Source: a virus (taxonomy: Duplodnaviria > Caudoviricetes). From it: DNA of 57,872 nucleotides. Positions 37,416-46,578 of the stretch are shown here, piece after piece; positions within the stretch are counted from its first letter, which is position 1, and each line of letters begins with the position of its first letter. Both the position numbers and the translations under genes were made by a program. The notes beneath the pieces are model-generated. The model did no database searches. It saw only the letters and a program-made list of their open reading frames with translations, and was not told the DNA's origin. The DNA lies in the IMG/VR virus record IMGVR_UViG_3300032315_000356, positions 1-57,872 of that record; one strand, written 5' to 3'.

Positions 37416-37424
37416 GGCACAGAC

Positions 37425-38048
37425 ATGAACAAGATAACCCTCACGTTATTAAAAGATATCTGCCCGAGAACAAAAGAAGTAGTCTTAGCCAAATACGTCG
37501 AGCCACTGAACACCATTGGTGAATATTTTGGTTTGTTTGAAAATTCACGACGAATAGCGGCATTCTTAGCACAGACAGCACATGAATCTGGTGGCTTTAA
37601 CGTCACTAGAGAAAATTTAAACTACTCAGTTGCAGGATTGAATAAAACCTTCAGGAAATATTTCCCTACAGTAGAATCGGCAGTACCTTACGCGAAAAAA
37701 CCAGCGAAGATCGCCAATAAGGTCTATGCAAATCGCATGAGCAATGGTCCTGAATCTTCGGGCGATGGATATAAGTTCCGCGGCCGCGGCCTCATTCAGT
37801 TAACCGGAAGACAAAATTATACAAGATTTGCATTGTCAATTAACAAAACGATAGATGAAGCAATTGCATATATAGAAACACCGCACGGTGCGGTGGCATC
37901 AGCGGGTTGGTTCTGGAATGTAAATAAGTTAAATATTTATGCTGATAAAGGCGACTTCATTGGGCTTACTAGACGCATCAACGGAGGAACGATCGGGCTT
38001 GCAGATAGAAAGCACCATTATGCCCTCGCTTTAGCAGCATTGAGCTAA
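37425..38048 (+). CDS. Glycoside hydrolase family 19 endolysin
   Basis: FLAQTAHESGGF, ENLNYS, RGRGLIQLTG, TRRINGG. Confidence 0.93.
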   Translation: MNKITLTLLKDICPRTKEVVLAKYVEPLNTIGEYFGLFENSRRIAAFLAQTAHESGGFNVTRENLNYSVAGLNKTFRKYFPTVESAVPYAKKPAKIANKVYANRMSNGPESSGDGYKFRGRGLIQLTGRQNYTRFALSINKTIDEAIAYIETPHGAVASAGWFWNVNKLNIYADKGDFIGLTRRINGGTIGLADRKHHYALALAALS

Positions 38049-38059
38049 TAAGGAATAGT

Positions 38060-40582
38060 ATGGCACAGCCCAATTGGATCACAATTGCAGGTAGTATAGG
38101 TTCATATCCTTCTAATGTAGAAATGGCTACCACATTTCAACTGCAAGCGCAGGCAGTATTACCTGCGACCACTGTGTCATATGCTATTATTAGCGGAAAT
38201 TTACCTCTAGGGGTGACGATGAATGAAGCCGGATTGATTTCTGGAACGCCCGGATTAGTAACAGCCAATACTACATATTATTTCGTAGTTCGAGCAACTG
38301 ACAATCTACAAAATATTAGAGACAGAACATTTTCTATGGAGGTGTCTGGCGTGTCGGGTCCTCAATTTGTAGATTCGATCGGTCCCGTTGTAGTAAATGA
38401 TAGCACCTGGGTAGAACTGCAAGTAGGATATACTAATCCAGTTCCAACGAATCCGGTCGTCATCAGAGTAGTTCAGGGACAATTACCACCAGGCATAGAG
38501 ATAAACACATCTGGGATTATCAGAGGATATGCTGCTCCTCCTTTACTTAATGTTACTTTACCCACAGTAGTTACCTCTGCGACTACAATTAGTTCTAATA
38601 ATATTATTGGGTTTAGCACGGCTGACTTTTCTATAGGTAGACCAGTCAAATTTAGCGGTTCAGTATTCGGCGGTGTAACTCTTGGACAAACGTATTACAT
38701 CAAGTCAATCCTAAATGAAACTACGTTTACGATATCAACTACGGTAGACGGCCCTGTATACCCGTTGAGTAACTCAGTCGGAAACATGACAGTTACCTTG
38801 CCCGGAGTAGAAGTAGGGCAGCCAACCATACAGACATATTCGGTCATTTTAAATCTAGAAAGCCCTTTAGGTCAAGACACTACTTCTTATGCTATCACAG
38901 TAATAAATCAAAATGCTCCGGTAAGTTTTGGCGGCCCGGGTTATCCGCCTAATTCACGGGTGCCTACACTATATAATATCAGGCCACCTACCTATGACAT
39001 ATCAGCAGATCAAGAGAACTATAGATACTATTTGTTGCCACCTATAGGTACGGTAACTCCAGGAGTTACATATCCGTTGACAACGCCTGCATATGCAGGA
39101 CAGGCAGCGAGCGAAAATTATTTCTCATTCAGAATGATGGGTCACGATTTTGATGGAAATACACTTGAATACGCTTTCTCAGATTTGCCCGAATGGTTAA
39201 CTGGAGACCCCGAGACTGGATGGCTTACTGGTAATCCTGTTATCGCAGACAACAGCATCAGCGAATATTATTTCAGTGTTTCAGTGAGAAAAGCTACGAA
39301 CCCAACAATCTCTACTCCTACTGTAAATTTCTCGCTAAAAGTAAGCAATGGCCTTTCAGGTGAAATAATATGGACCACAACGAATGATTTGGGACAAATC
39401 AACAATGGATCAATCAGTCTGCTCAACGTTTCAGCAACCTCTGACGTGCCACTGACATATAGAGTGATAGAAGGTGAACTTCCTCCTAATCTTGTATTAT
39501 TAGATAACGGTGAAATCTCGGGTGTAGTTGCATATCAACCCACGACTGCTCTCTTATCTTTGGCCACGATCACAGACTTCACTTTCACGATTGAAGCATT
39601 CTCATCTGATTATCCAGTCATCAAATCGACAAGAGAATTCACTTTGTCAGTATTCCAAGAATTCAATCAACCAACCGATACACTGTATATCAAATGTTCA
39701 CCTAGTATAGAAGATCGATATCTCATTGCGTCCTTGCTAGAAGACAACATTTTGATTCCTGATGATTATTTGTATCGTCCCAATGATCCTTATTTCGGTA
39801 AAGCAACTAGTGTCATATATGAACATGCATATGGCATTTATGCTAGTAGCTTCGATGAATATGTTGCTGCCATTACTAAGAATCATTACTGGAGAAATAT
39901 CACACTAGGTGAATTAAAAACTGCTATTGCACGTGATGCGAATGGCAACGTTATATATGAAGTCGTGTATAGTACGATTGTTGACAACTTAGTTAATCCA
40001 GACGGAGTAAGTGTACCAGAAGAAATTTACTGGCCTAGATTTATTCCATTAAATCTAGGACCATGGTACACAAGCGTGACTAATACATTCACTAGTTATG
40101 TATCTGCTACAGACGGAAGTCTATATTATACTAGTCTTTCGCCCGGCTATGCTAGGATACTATATCCGAATTCTCTCCCTGACATGCGATTTCGCGTTGG
40201 TCAAGAATTAGGCCAAGACTACAATGCTAGTATACTTCCCGTTTGGATGACCAGTCAGCAAATAAATGGGTCTACTACAGGATTCGTTCCCGCTTGGGTA
40301 ATTGCTTATACCAAACCTGGATATGCCGACATCATCAAGGATAACATCGAAACACAATGGAAAGACTCTTTGGGGCAATTAAAAACTCTTAATACGATCA
40401 ACTTCAGGATAGATAGATTTACGGTTAACAAGAGTATCACGTATAACTATGATAAAAATCTTAATCCAGCAGCTTGGACTGGCCTACCTAGCGGCACTCC
40501 TGTCCCCGATCCGCTCGACTCGAACGACTTTTACGCCCTCTTTCCTCGTAAAACAATTTTACCGGATCGCACCCAGTACTAA
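38060..40582 (+). CDS. Virion structural protein with putative Ig domains (baseplate-like)
   Basis: Repeated Y.+I.G.LP.G+.+...G.ISG.P Ig-like modules. Confidence 0.75.
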   Translation: MAQPNWITIAGSIGSYPSNVEMATTFQLQAQAVLPATTVSYAIISGNLPLGVTMNEAGLISGTPGLVTANTTYYFVVRATDNLQNIRDRTFSMEVSGVSGPQFVDSIGPVVVNDSTWVELQVGYTNPVPTNPVVIRVVQGQLPPGIEINTSGIIRGYAAPPLLNVTLPTVVTSATTISSNNIIGFSTADFSIGRPVKFSGSVFGGVTLGQTYYIKSILNETTFTISTTVDGPVYPLSNSVGNMTVTLPGVEVGQPTIQTYSVILNLESPLGQDTTSYAITVINQNAPVSFGGPGYPPNSRVPTLYNIRPPTYDISADQENYRYYLLPPIGTVTPGVTYPLTTPAYAGQAASENYFSFRMMGHDFDGNTLEYAFSDLPEWLTGDPETGWLTGNPVIADNSISEYYFSVSVRKATNPTISTPTVNFSLKVSNGLSGEIIWTTTNDLGQINNGSISLLNVSATSDVPLTYRVIEGELPPNLVLLDNGEISGVVAYQPTTALLSLATITDFTFTIEAFSSDYPVIKSTREFTLSVFQEFNQPTDTLYIKCSPSIEDRYLIASLLEDNILIPDDYLYRPNDPYFGKATSVIYEHAYGIYASSFDEYVAAITKNHYWRNITLGELKTAIARDANGNVIYEVVYSTIVDNLVNPDGVSVPEEIYWPRFIPLNLGPWYTSVTNTFTSYVSATDGSLYYTSLSPGYARILYPNSLPDMRFRVGQELGQDYNASILPVWMTSQQINGSTTGFVPAWVIAYTKPGYADIIKDNIETQWKDSLGQLKTLNTINFRIDRFTVNKSITYNYDKNLNPAAWTGLPSGTPVPDPLDSNDFYALFPRKTILPDRTQY

Positions 40583-40605
40583 ATAGAAGACGGAAATAGA
40601 GAATT

Positions 40606-42327
40606 ATGAGCCAAATAAACACAAACGGAATCAACGTAAACTATCCGGTACCGGGACAGAACAACAGTTCTCAACCATTCCGTGATAATTTTGCTGCGAT
40701 CAGAACAAATATCAATACGGCTGCAACTGAACTTACTGACCTAGAGTCTAAAGTCGTAGTTAAAGCAGCACTTAACAATACCACTTTGAATAACGATATG
40801 GCAAATACATTGATTAGTAATGCCTCAACACGTGGATTCAGGGCAACAACTTATAATCTAGGAAACGCACTATCCGGAACGATCCTAGTAGATGTGAATC
40901 GTGCTGATGTACAATATGGTGCAGTGACTGGAAATACTACTTTACAATTCGGCGGCTGGGCTCCTACTAATACCGAGAGCAATGTTGTACTAAGACTAAC
41001 AATATCTAACACTGCCGCTGTTATTTCATTACCAAGTGCATGTGTCTCGTCCAATAATAATTATGGAGTGACTATACTTGAAAATTATGCCAACATTGGC
41101 AACACTGCTACGATTACTGCTCCTGCCAATGTTGGCATCATGGAATATACATTCAGTTCGTTAGATTGCGGAAATACTATCACAGTTTCCCCGGTAAATA
41201 GAGCGTTTCAGACTGCTCAAATTATTACTCGTGACCCGCCTCCCACTGGATTGATGGGAGACGTTAACGGTGATGTTGCAGTAAGTGCCTCAGTTAGTCA
41301 AATACGGGTAACTCAAACTGCTAATGTCCCTACTGTCATAACTGCAAACACTTTTACCTCTACCGGAAGTACCATCGTTGGTACTGAACTTACTATAGGT
41401 ACACTAGCTACTGGCAATGTGAGTATAGGAATGATACTGTCAGGGGCAGCAGCTAATACATACATCACTGGATATACCTCTGGGTCAGGGTCAGGCTCTA
41501 AGTGGGTAGTGAATCAGAGCCAGTCTGTAAGTTCCGGGCCAATCGACGGCAAGACGGGAATCTATGTGGATGCGGTGACCAATAACCCCGTTCTTTACGT
41601 AGGAGTGCAAACATCCGGAGTTGTGCAAGAAGGCATGATTCTTTCAGGATCCGGAGTCACTGCAAATACTTGGATAGTGCAGAATCTTGCTGGATCCGGA
41701 TCGGGTTCTTTATGGAGAGTCAGCACTTCTCAGTGGGCGACACCTACAACTATAAACGGGGCAATCGATGTGTTGACGGTTGCTAATACATCTGGTTTCT
41801 ATAGAGACATGCCATTAACATTTACCGGAAATACGTTTGGTGGAGCAAATCTTCTTCCTGGAAATACATATTATATTAAAGAAGTTGCAGATTCCAACTC
41901 AATAACCATCTCCTCTACACCAAGCGGCGGTATGGTAGTACTCGCTAATGCTTCGGGTAATATGTATCTCAATCCCGGATCATATCTATATGTTGCGACT
42001 AATAAATATAACTCAACTACATATGCTAGACAGACTACTAATACAACTGCAACTACTAATCTGATTACACTAGAAAACACAACCTACCTAGAAGTAAACT
42101 CACCTATCATCTTTACTGGCTCTACGTTCGGCGGACTAGAAGGAAATGTAGTTTATTATGTCAAGTCTAACGATTTGGGTAATAGTAAACTTACAGTTAG
42201 CCGTACTAGAGTTAATGGAATTGCCGGACCTGAAGTACTATTGACCACTGCGAACGGAAATTGCGTTGCAACTTGTTATACCGGCGGCAATGATATCTGG
42301 AAACGCATTAGCCTGACAGCTTGGTAA
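40606..42327 (+). CDS. Virion structural / fibre protein
   Basis: YPVPGQNNSSQPFRDNF N-terminus, repeated beta modules, WKRISL end; CTAAATA upstream at 40579. Confidence 0.75.
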   Translation: MSQINTNGINVNYPVPGQNNSSQPFRDNFAAIRTNINTAATELTDLESKVVVKAALNNTTLNNDMANTLISNASTRGFRATTYNLGNALSGTILVDVNRADVQYGAVTGNTTLQFGGWAPTNTESNVVLRLTISNTAAVISLPSACVSSNNNYGVTILENYANIGNTATITAPANVGIMEYTFSSLDCGNTITVSPVNRAFQTAQIITRDPPPTGLMGDVNGDVAVSASVSQIRVTQTANVPTVITANTFTSTGSTIVGTELTIGTLATGNVSIGMILSGAAANTYITGYTSGSGSGSKWVVNQSQSVSSGPIDGKTGIYVDAVTNNPVLYVGVQTSGVVQEGMILSGSGVTANTWIVQNLAGSGSGSLWRVSTSQWATPTTINGAIDVLTVANTSGFYRDMPLTFTGNTFGGANLLPGNTYYIKEVADSNSITISSTPSGGMVVLANASGNMYLNPGSYLYVATNKYNSTTYARQTTNTTATTNLITLENTTYLEVNSPIIFTGSTFGGLEGNVVYYVKSNDLGNSKLTVSRTRVNGIAGPEVLLTTANGNCVATCYTGGNDIWKRISLTAW

Positions 42328-42328
42328 T

Positions 42329-42571
42329 ATGGAACATCCATTCATTAATCAAGCTGATTTAACTAGCAAATCAACCGAAGAACTTCATGAAACTATATCA
42401 GGTCTTACTACAAAACTAAGTTTTGCACATAGAACTAGTAATACGGCCCTTATACAACAACTACAGATGGCACTAGAAAGCTATCGCACTCAACTCAGTA
42501 AAAAAATGGACGAGTTGTTTGTTAAACAAAAGATAGATACTAAAATCAAAATTCAGTCGGATAAACAATGA
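42329..42571 (+). CDS. Hypothetical coiled-coil protein
   Basis: MEHPFI...helical; coupled to its neighbours. Confidence 0.65.
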   Translation: MEHPFINQADLTSKSTEELHETISGLTTKLSFAHRTSNTALIQQLQMALESYRTQLSKKMDELFVKQKIDTKIKIQSDKQ

Positions 42572-43116
42572 ATATGCGAATTGAAAAAGACTTTTATTTT
42601 CAAACCGGGATACATTTTGAAAATAAGTACCACATTAACAGCTATGAAATCGTGCTTTCTATGCTAGTCGAGACCGAATCGGCTAGAGAAAAAAATGTAG
42701 CTATGGATAGGATAACATATTTCTTATCTGACGTTGTGCAGAATTCAGTAATCGTAAATTACAAGGATACTGATGCAATTCAATTATACAAGAATGCTAA
42801 TTTAAAAGTATGCGAACTTCCAGATGATCCACATGACCAGATATTTGCCATGGTGTTGCTTCTGAAGTTAAATGCGATCACTGAAGGCCGAATAAAAATT
42901 ACTGATATGGTTTTGGGATCGTCACTCAGTGATGGAGTAAAATATAATATTGTGTCTGAAGTGGCAGAATGTGCATTTACCAAGAAGGCTTGGTGGAACC
43001 AAGCCGATGGTAGTGTCAGCGAAAACGAAGACACGAATGACAAAATAGTAAACCTATTTGCTAAAAAAGTCTGGGTAGAGCTAGGATTAATTTGGAAAGA
43101 AAGAGTTAAAAAATAG
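42568..43116 (+). CDS. Hypothetical protein, possible degenerate T-fold (QueD-like)
   Basis: IEKDFYFQTGIH...HINSYEIVL...P.DQI.A pattern loosely parallels QueD; ATGA coupling. Confidence 0.55.
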   Translation: MNMRIEKDFYFQTGIHFENKYHINSYEIVLSMLVETESAREKNVAMDRITYFLSDVVQNSVIVNYKDTDAIQLYKNANLKVCELPDDPHDQIFAMVLLLKLNAITEGRIKITDMVLGSSLSDGVKYNIVSEVAECAFTKKAWWNQADGSVSENEDTNDKIVNLFAKKVWVELGLIWKERVKK

Positions 43117-43117
43117 G

Positions 43118-43146
43118 TTGACAGTTAGCGGTAAATCATGTATTGT
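43118..43146 (+). promoter_or_regulatory. sigma70-type promoter, ATG at +1
   Basis: TTGACA-17bp-TATTGT; ATG at 43153. Confidence 0.8.
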
Positions 43147-43152
43147 TACTAT

Positions 43153-43659
43153 ATGATTACAGATAAATTTGGACAATTTATTTACTCTGAAAATGAGTTA
43201 ATCGATGTGTATATGACTGATCCTGATACTACGCTAAAGCGAGTGTTCGTATCTGAACCAATACAGTTTGATACAAGATTAAACTTGAAAAACACTCCTG
43301 AAATGATTCAGTATCTAACGAGCGACCAATCTATCACTGAGTTTGATCAGGAAAAGCAATCAATTTGGTTCATTCCTGATGATTATAAAAATTTCGACAT
43401 CGCCAAATTCGTTTTAGACCAGTGTTCAACCGAAGCAGAGTTGCAACGTGCTGGCGAAGAATTGCTTCTTTATCAAGAGCGAGACATGTTCATACTCCTT
43501 CGTTACTTAAAGTATCTTGTAGATACGATGAGAGCCAATAACTTAGTGTGGGGCGTGGGACGAGGGTCGAGTGTAGCCAGCTTTGTACTCTTCCTCATCG
43601 GGGTACATAAAATCAATTCTTTATTTTATCAATTAGATGTCAACGAATTTTTAAAATAA
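43153..43659 (+). CDS. DNA polymerase III alpha (DnaE)-like, N-terminal palm half
   Basis: RAGEEL...YLVD.MR.N...WGVGRGSSVASFVLFLIGVHKINSLFYQLDVNEFLK (cf. [35 protein letters not shown]). Confidence 0.88.
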   Translation: MITDKFGQFIYSENELIDVYMTDPDTTLKRVFVSEPIQFDTRLNLKNTPEMIQYLTSDQSITEFDQEKQSIWFIPDDYKNFDIAKFVLDQCSTEAELQRAGEELLLYQERDMFILLRYLKYLVDTMRANNLVWGVGRGSSVASFVLFLIGVHKINSLFYQLDVNEFLK

Positions 43660-43674
43660 TCGTAGTTTTTCGCA

Positions 43675-43682
43675 CATAAATA
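43675..43682 (+). promoter_or_regulatory. Late-type promoter
   Basis: CATAAATA. Confidence 0.7.
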
Positions 43683-43704
43683 TAATATAGAGGAGTTGCA
43701 TAAT

Positions 43705-44118
43705 ATGGCAAAACATAGAACAGCATTGGGTAAAGCAGTTGACATGGGTCGGCTTGTTAATATGAATGAACAAGTTCGAGCGGTAAGCAACATGAAAGTA
43801 AACGCCAGAGGAGATACTATTGATGCTCAGGGAAGGATCGTTGTTCCAGTAACCAAAAAAGTTGTAGAAGGGTATCACCGCACTGTCACTACTAAGGCAG
43901 ATAACACAGTGAAACCTGATCACTTACCTGCCGAGCCTGAACTCAGTTCAGAAGCCAAGATAGAACTTTTACCCGAAGAATTGGAATTTGAGAACACGTT
44001 AGACGAAGATTTGGAAATCGAAGCACTCAAAGTAGCAGAAGAAAAACTCAACTTCACAGTCAAGCCGGCGAGTGAAGCTCCGGAATTTGTTCGCCCGGAA
44101 CCAAAGAAAACTAAATAA
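43705..44118 (+). CDS. Conserved hypothetical protein
   Basis: SD gaggag; RTA.GK.VDM..L...NE..RAV.NM.VNARGD motif. Confidence 0.7.
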   Translation: MAKHRTALGKAVDMGRLVNMNEQVRAVSNMKVNARGDTIDAQGRIVVPVTKKVVEGYHRTVTTKADNTVKPDHLPAEPELSSEAKIELLPEELEFENTLDEDLEIEALKVAEEKLNFTVKPASEAPEFVRPEPKKTK

Positions 44119-44120
44119 AC

Positions 44121-44486
44121 ATGGCTGAAAAAGTTAACATAACTAGAACTAAATTAAGCAAACTACATCCAATCAAAGACACTATCTTAGTGTACGGGAT
44201 GGAGTTCAGAGAACGCATCAGTCGGGGAGGACTTATTATCCTTGATGATGATATGAAAAGTGCAGGGATTCGTCCCCGCTGGGCTCAGGTATATGCGGTT
44301 GGCCCAGACGTGCAAGATGTTAAAGTAGGTGATTATATTATGATAGCACACGGTCGCTGGAGTCGCGGACAAACTATCGAAGACGACGAAGGCGAGAAAG
44401 TAATCCGTAAGGTAGATCCAAACGACATTTTATTAGTAAGTGAAGAATATGTCAGTGATTATACGATGACTGACAAAGAATATTAA
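44121..44486 (+). CDS. groES: GroES-like co-chaperonin
   Basis: LHPIKDTILV, SRGGLII mobile loop, VYAVGP, VKVGDYI, DIL. Confidence 0.85.
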   Translation: MAEKVNITRTKLSKLHPIKDTILVYGMEFRERISRGGLIILDDDMKSAGIRPRWAQVYAVGPDVQDVKVGDYIMIAHGRWSRGQTIEDDEGEKVIRKVDPNDILLVSEEYVSDYTMTDKEY

Positions 44487-44487
44487 G

Positions 44488-44598
44488 GTAACATTATATC
44501 AGAGATGAGAAATTAAGCCGAGGGGTTGATGGCCCTGGTGACCGTCGACGGCATCGGTTCATCTCTGATTTTTGTCACATAATGGGTACGACCATTAT
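44488..44598. other. Structured intergenic element (long stem with branched interior, plus a second hairpin)
   Basis: atcagagatga (44498-44508) pairs with tcatctctgat (44559-44569); ataatgg/ccattat (44579-44598). Confidence 0.6.
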
Positions 44599-44626
44599 TG
44601 ACTTTTCAATATACAGCAAGTAGCAT
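44598..44626 (+). promoter_or_regulatory. sigma70-type promoter, ATG at +1
   Basis: TTGACT-17bp-TAGCAT; ATG at 44633. Confidence 0.65.
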
Positions 44627-44632
44627 AGAAAC

Positions 44633-44737
44633 ATGAAGAAGAAAATTATTCCTATGACATTAGGTGCAATCCTGATCTCCGCCTATCTTTTTTATAGGGT
44701 ATATAAAACAATCAATGATATTGACTTTCCGGCGTAA
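44633..44737 (+). CDS. 34-aa single-pass membrane peptide (not in the ORF track)
   Basis: MKKKIIPMTLGAILISAYLFYRVYKTINDIDFPA, with its own promoter. Confidence 0.6.
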   Translation: MKKKIIPMTLGAILISAYLFYRVYKTINDIDFPA

Positions 44738-44778
44738 TTGACTTATAGTAAATCAGATGACAACGAAAGAAATCAAGT

Positions 44779-45705
44779 ATGAAAAACGCCCTTTGGGTTG
44801 AACGCTATCGACCGAGTTCGGTCGATGATTACGTGTTCGTAGATGATCGTCAGCGAGAACAGGTATTGAGTTGGATAGAAGAAGGCTCTATTCCTCACCT
44901 TTTGCTGTCAGGAGATCCGGGTACTGGCAAGACTACACTTGCTAAAGTTCTTATTCATGAACTCGGAATCGAAGAATATGATGTTCTTGAGATCAATGCG
45001 TCACGTGAGAACGGGGTCGATATCGTCAAGGATAAGATTAATAACTTTGCTCAAACCATGCCATTCGGCAAGTTTAAAGTCGTGCTACTAGACGAAGCTG
45101 ACTACACGACTCCCGCGTTCCAAGCGGCGTTGCGTAACGATATGGAAGCATATTCTTCGTCAGTGCGATTCATTCTGACTTGTAACTATGAACACAAGAT
45201 CATCCCTGCATTGCGTGAATCTCGTTGTTTCAAGTTTCACATCGCAAAGCCTGATTTGAATGAGTTTACCGCTCGTGCAGCAACAGTATTGGTTACAGAG
45301 AACGTAGATTTCGATCTAGATACACTCGATACTTACGTCCGTGCTGCATATCCAGATTTGCGTAAGTGTCTCAATCAATTGCAGAACAATTCTAAGTCTG
45401 GTACACTGAAGGCACCCCAGTCTATTGGAAATAGCGAAGATGAGATTCTCGTCGCAGCCACTGATCTGTTCAAGACAGGTAAGATTCTTGAAGGTCGCCA
45501 GCAACTCATGCAATATATCTCTTTGTATCCGTCCAGGGTTGAAGATACGTATCGTTGGATGTACGAAAATATTGATCTTTGGGGTAAGTCTCCTGAACAA
45601 AAAGACGCAGCAATCATCATCATTCGTAACGGATTAGCTAACTTACCACTAGTGGGTATCCCGGAAATTAGTCTGGCAGCTACACTTGCGGAGTTAACAG
45701 CATGA
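44779..45705 (+). CDS. Clamp loader AAA+ subunit (RFC small / T4 gp44-like)
   Basis: LWVERYRP, GDPGTGKTT, EINAS, LLDEAD, SRC, DLRK. Confidence 0.93.
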   Translation: MKNALWVERYRPSSVDDYVFVDDRQREQVLSWIEEGSIPHLLLSGDPGTGKTTLAKVLIHELGIEEYDVLEINASRENGVDIVKDKINNFAQTMPFGKFKVVLLDEADYTTPAFQAALRNDMEAYSSSVRFILTCNYEHKIIPALRESRCFKFHIAKPDLNEFTARAATVLVTENVDFDLDTLDTYVRAAYPDLRKCLNQLQNNSKSGTLKAPQSIGNSEDEILVAATDLFKTGKILEGRQQLMQYISLYPSRVEDTYRWMYENIDLWGKSPEQKDAAIIIIRNGLANLPLVGIPEISLAATLAELTA

Positions 45706-45887
45706 TTAAAAAGAAAAAAGAATATAACCAAACTTTTGTTGAAGCTAAGCAACAAGACTTGCGTAGACTTCAATATTGGTTTGCAGGATTTGCAGCCGCC
45801 GGTGGAAAACTCCCTCAGTGTGAACAGTCACTAAGTACAATACAAGCAGCTATCTTGATCCTGGATGATTATAATGAGATCGAATAA
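45702..45887 (+). CDS. Hypothetical protein
   Basis: ATGA coupling. Confidence 0.5.
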   Translation: MIKKKKEYNQTFVEAKQQDLRRLQYWFAGFAAAGGKLPQCEQSLSTIQAAILILDDYNEIE

Positions 45888-45889
45888 CA

Positions 45890-46201
45890 ATGATTTATCT
45901 ATCAGCATACATAAATTGGCCGTTCAAGTTTGATCCTGAATACAGCAAGGATTATTTCTATAAGAGTTGGCCGATAACTAAAAACAAGACATTAGAGATA
46001 CAAATCAGCAGGATGGGTAATTCTCTCATCGGCGGAAGTCTTAGATATTCTATTCGAAAGTCACATGCCGGGCTTGTATTTGATATCGGGTTGCTTCGTA
46101 GATTCATCTATGTCTCATTTGTTGACAATCGACATTGGAATGACGAAGCAGATCGTTATGTAAACTATAATAATCCAGAGGAAGTGGAAAAATACTGGTG
46201 A
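45890..46201 (+). CDS. Hypothetical protein
   Basis: TKNK.LEIQ...HAG...DNRHWN motif. Confidence 0.65.
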   Translation: MIYLSAYINWPFKFDPEYSKDYFYKSWPITKNKTLEIQISRMGNSLIGGSLRYSIRKSHAGLVFDIGLLRRFIYVSFVDNRHWNDEADRYVNYNNPEEVEKYW

Positions 46202-46518
46202 GATATCTTTTAATCAAGTTTTTGCGGAAGATAAATGGGCAGATCGATGAGATGATATCAACCTCGCAACGAATCCGAGATTCAGACCTTGCTAGTAACA
46301 ACGTTATTCTAGATTTTGCTGAAAAAAAGATTGTCAAGTGTATCATTGAAGGTAAAGAACATGATACGGATTTCGACAAGATGCGCGAGTACTATCATAA
46401 GATTTATCCTAACTTGATCGTTCAGCTAGAAAATGAAGCTCCTATCACAAAGAATAGGGAAAGACTAAAAAAAACACTAGAGCCTAAAACTACTAGGCCA
46501 ACGCCAAGGCGTAAGTAA
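46198..46518 (+). CDS. Hypothetical protein
   Basis: GTGA overlap; GQIDE...NVILDF...YY.KIYP motif. Confidence 0.65.
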   Translation: MRYLLIKFLRKINGQIDEMISTSQRIRDSDLASNNVILDFAEKKIVKCIIEGKEHDTDFDKMREYYHKIYPNLIVQLENEAPITKNRERLKKTLEPKTTRPTPRRK

Positions 46519-46525
46519 AAACATA

Positions 46526-46553
46526 TAACTAGGAGAGTTTCCTCTCCTAGTTA
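46526..46553. terminator. Hairpin between convergent genes, probable bidirectional terminator
   Basis: Perfect 12-bp inverted repeat taactaggagag-tttc-ctctcctagtta. Confidence 0.85.
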
Positions 46554-46578
46554 CTTGTCTTAATAGGGCAGTTGCTCT

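Noticed and set aside
23463-43659. Split-intein (cyanobacterial DnaE-type) trans-splicing of the polymerase halves
   Set aside because: Neither half has intein N- or C-terminal sequence at the break; both end and begin directly in polymerase motifs.
44515-44556. SAM-I riboswitch or hammerhead ribozyme (GAGGG...GGCCC..TGA...CGGCA; CTGGTGA)
   Set aside because: Only partial resemblance: the SAM-I P3/P4 and pseudoknot elements are missing, it is not upstream of metK, and the hammerhead GAAA after stem II is absent. Kept only as an unclassified structure.
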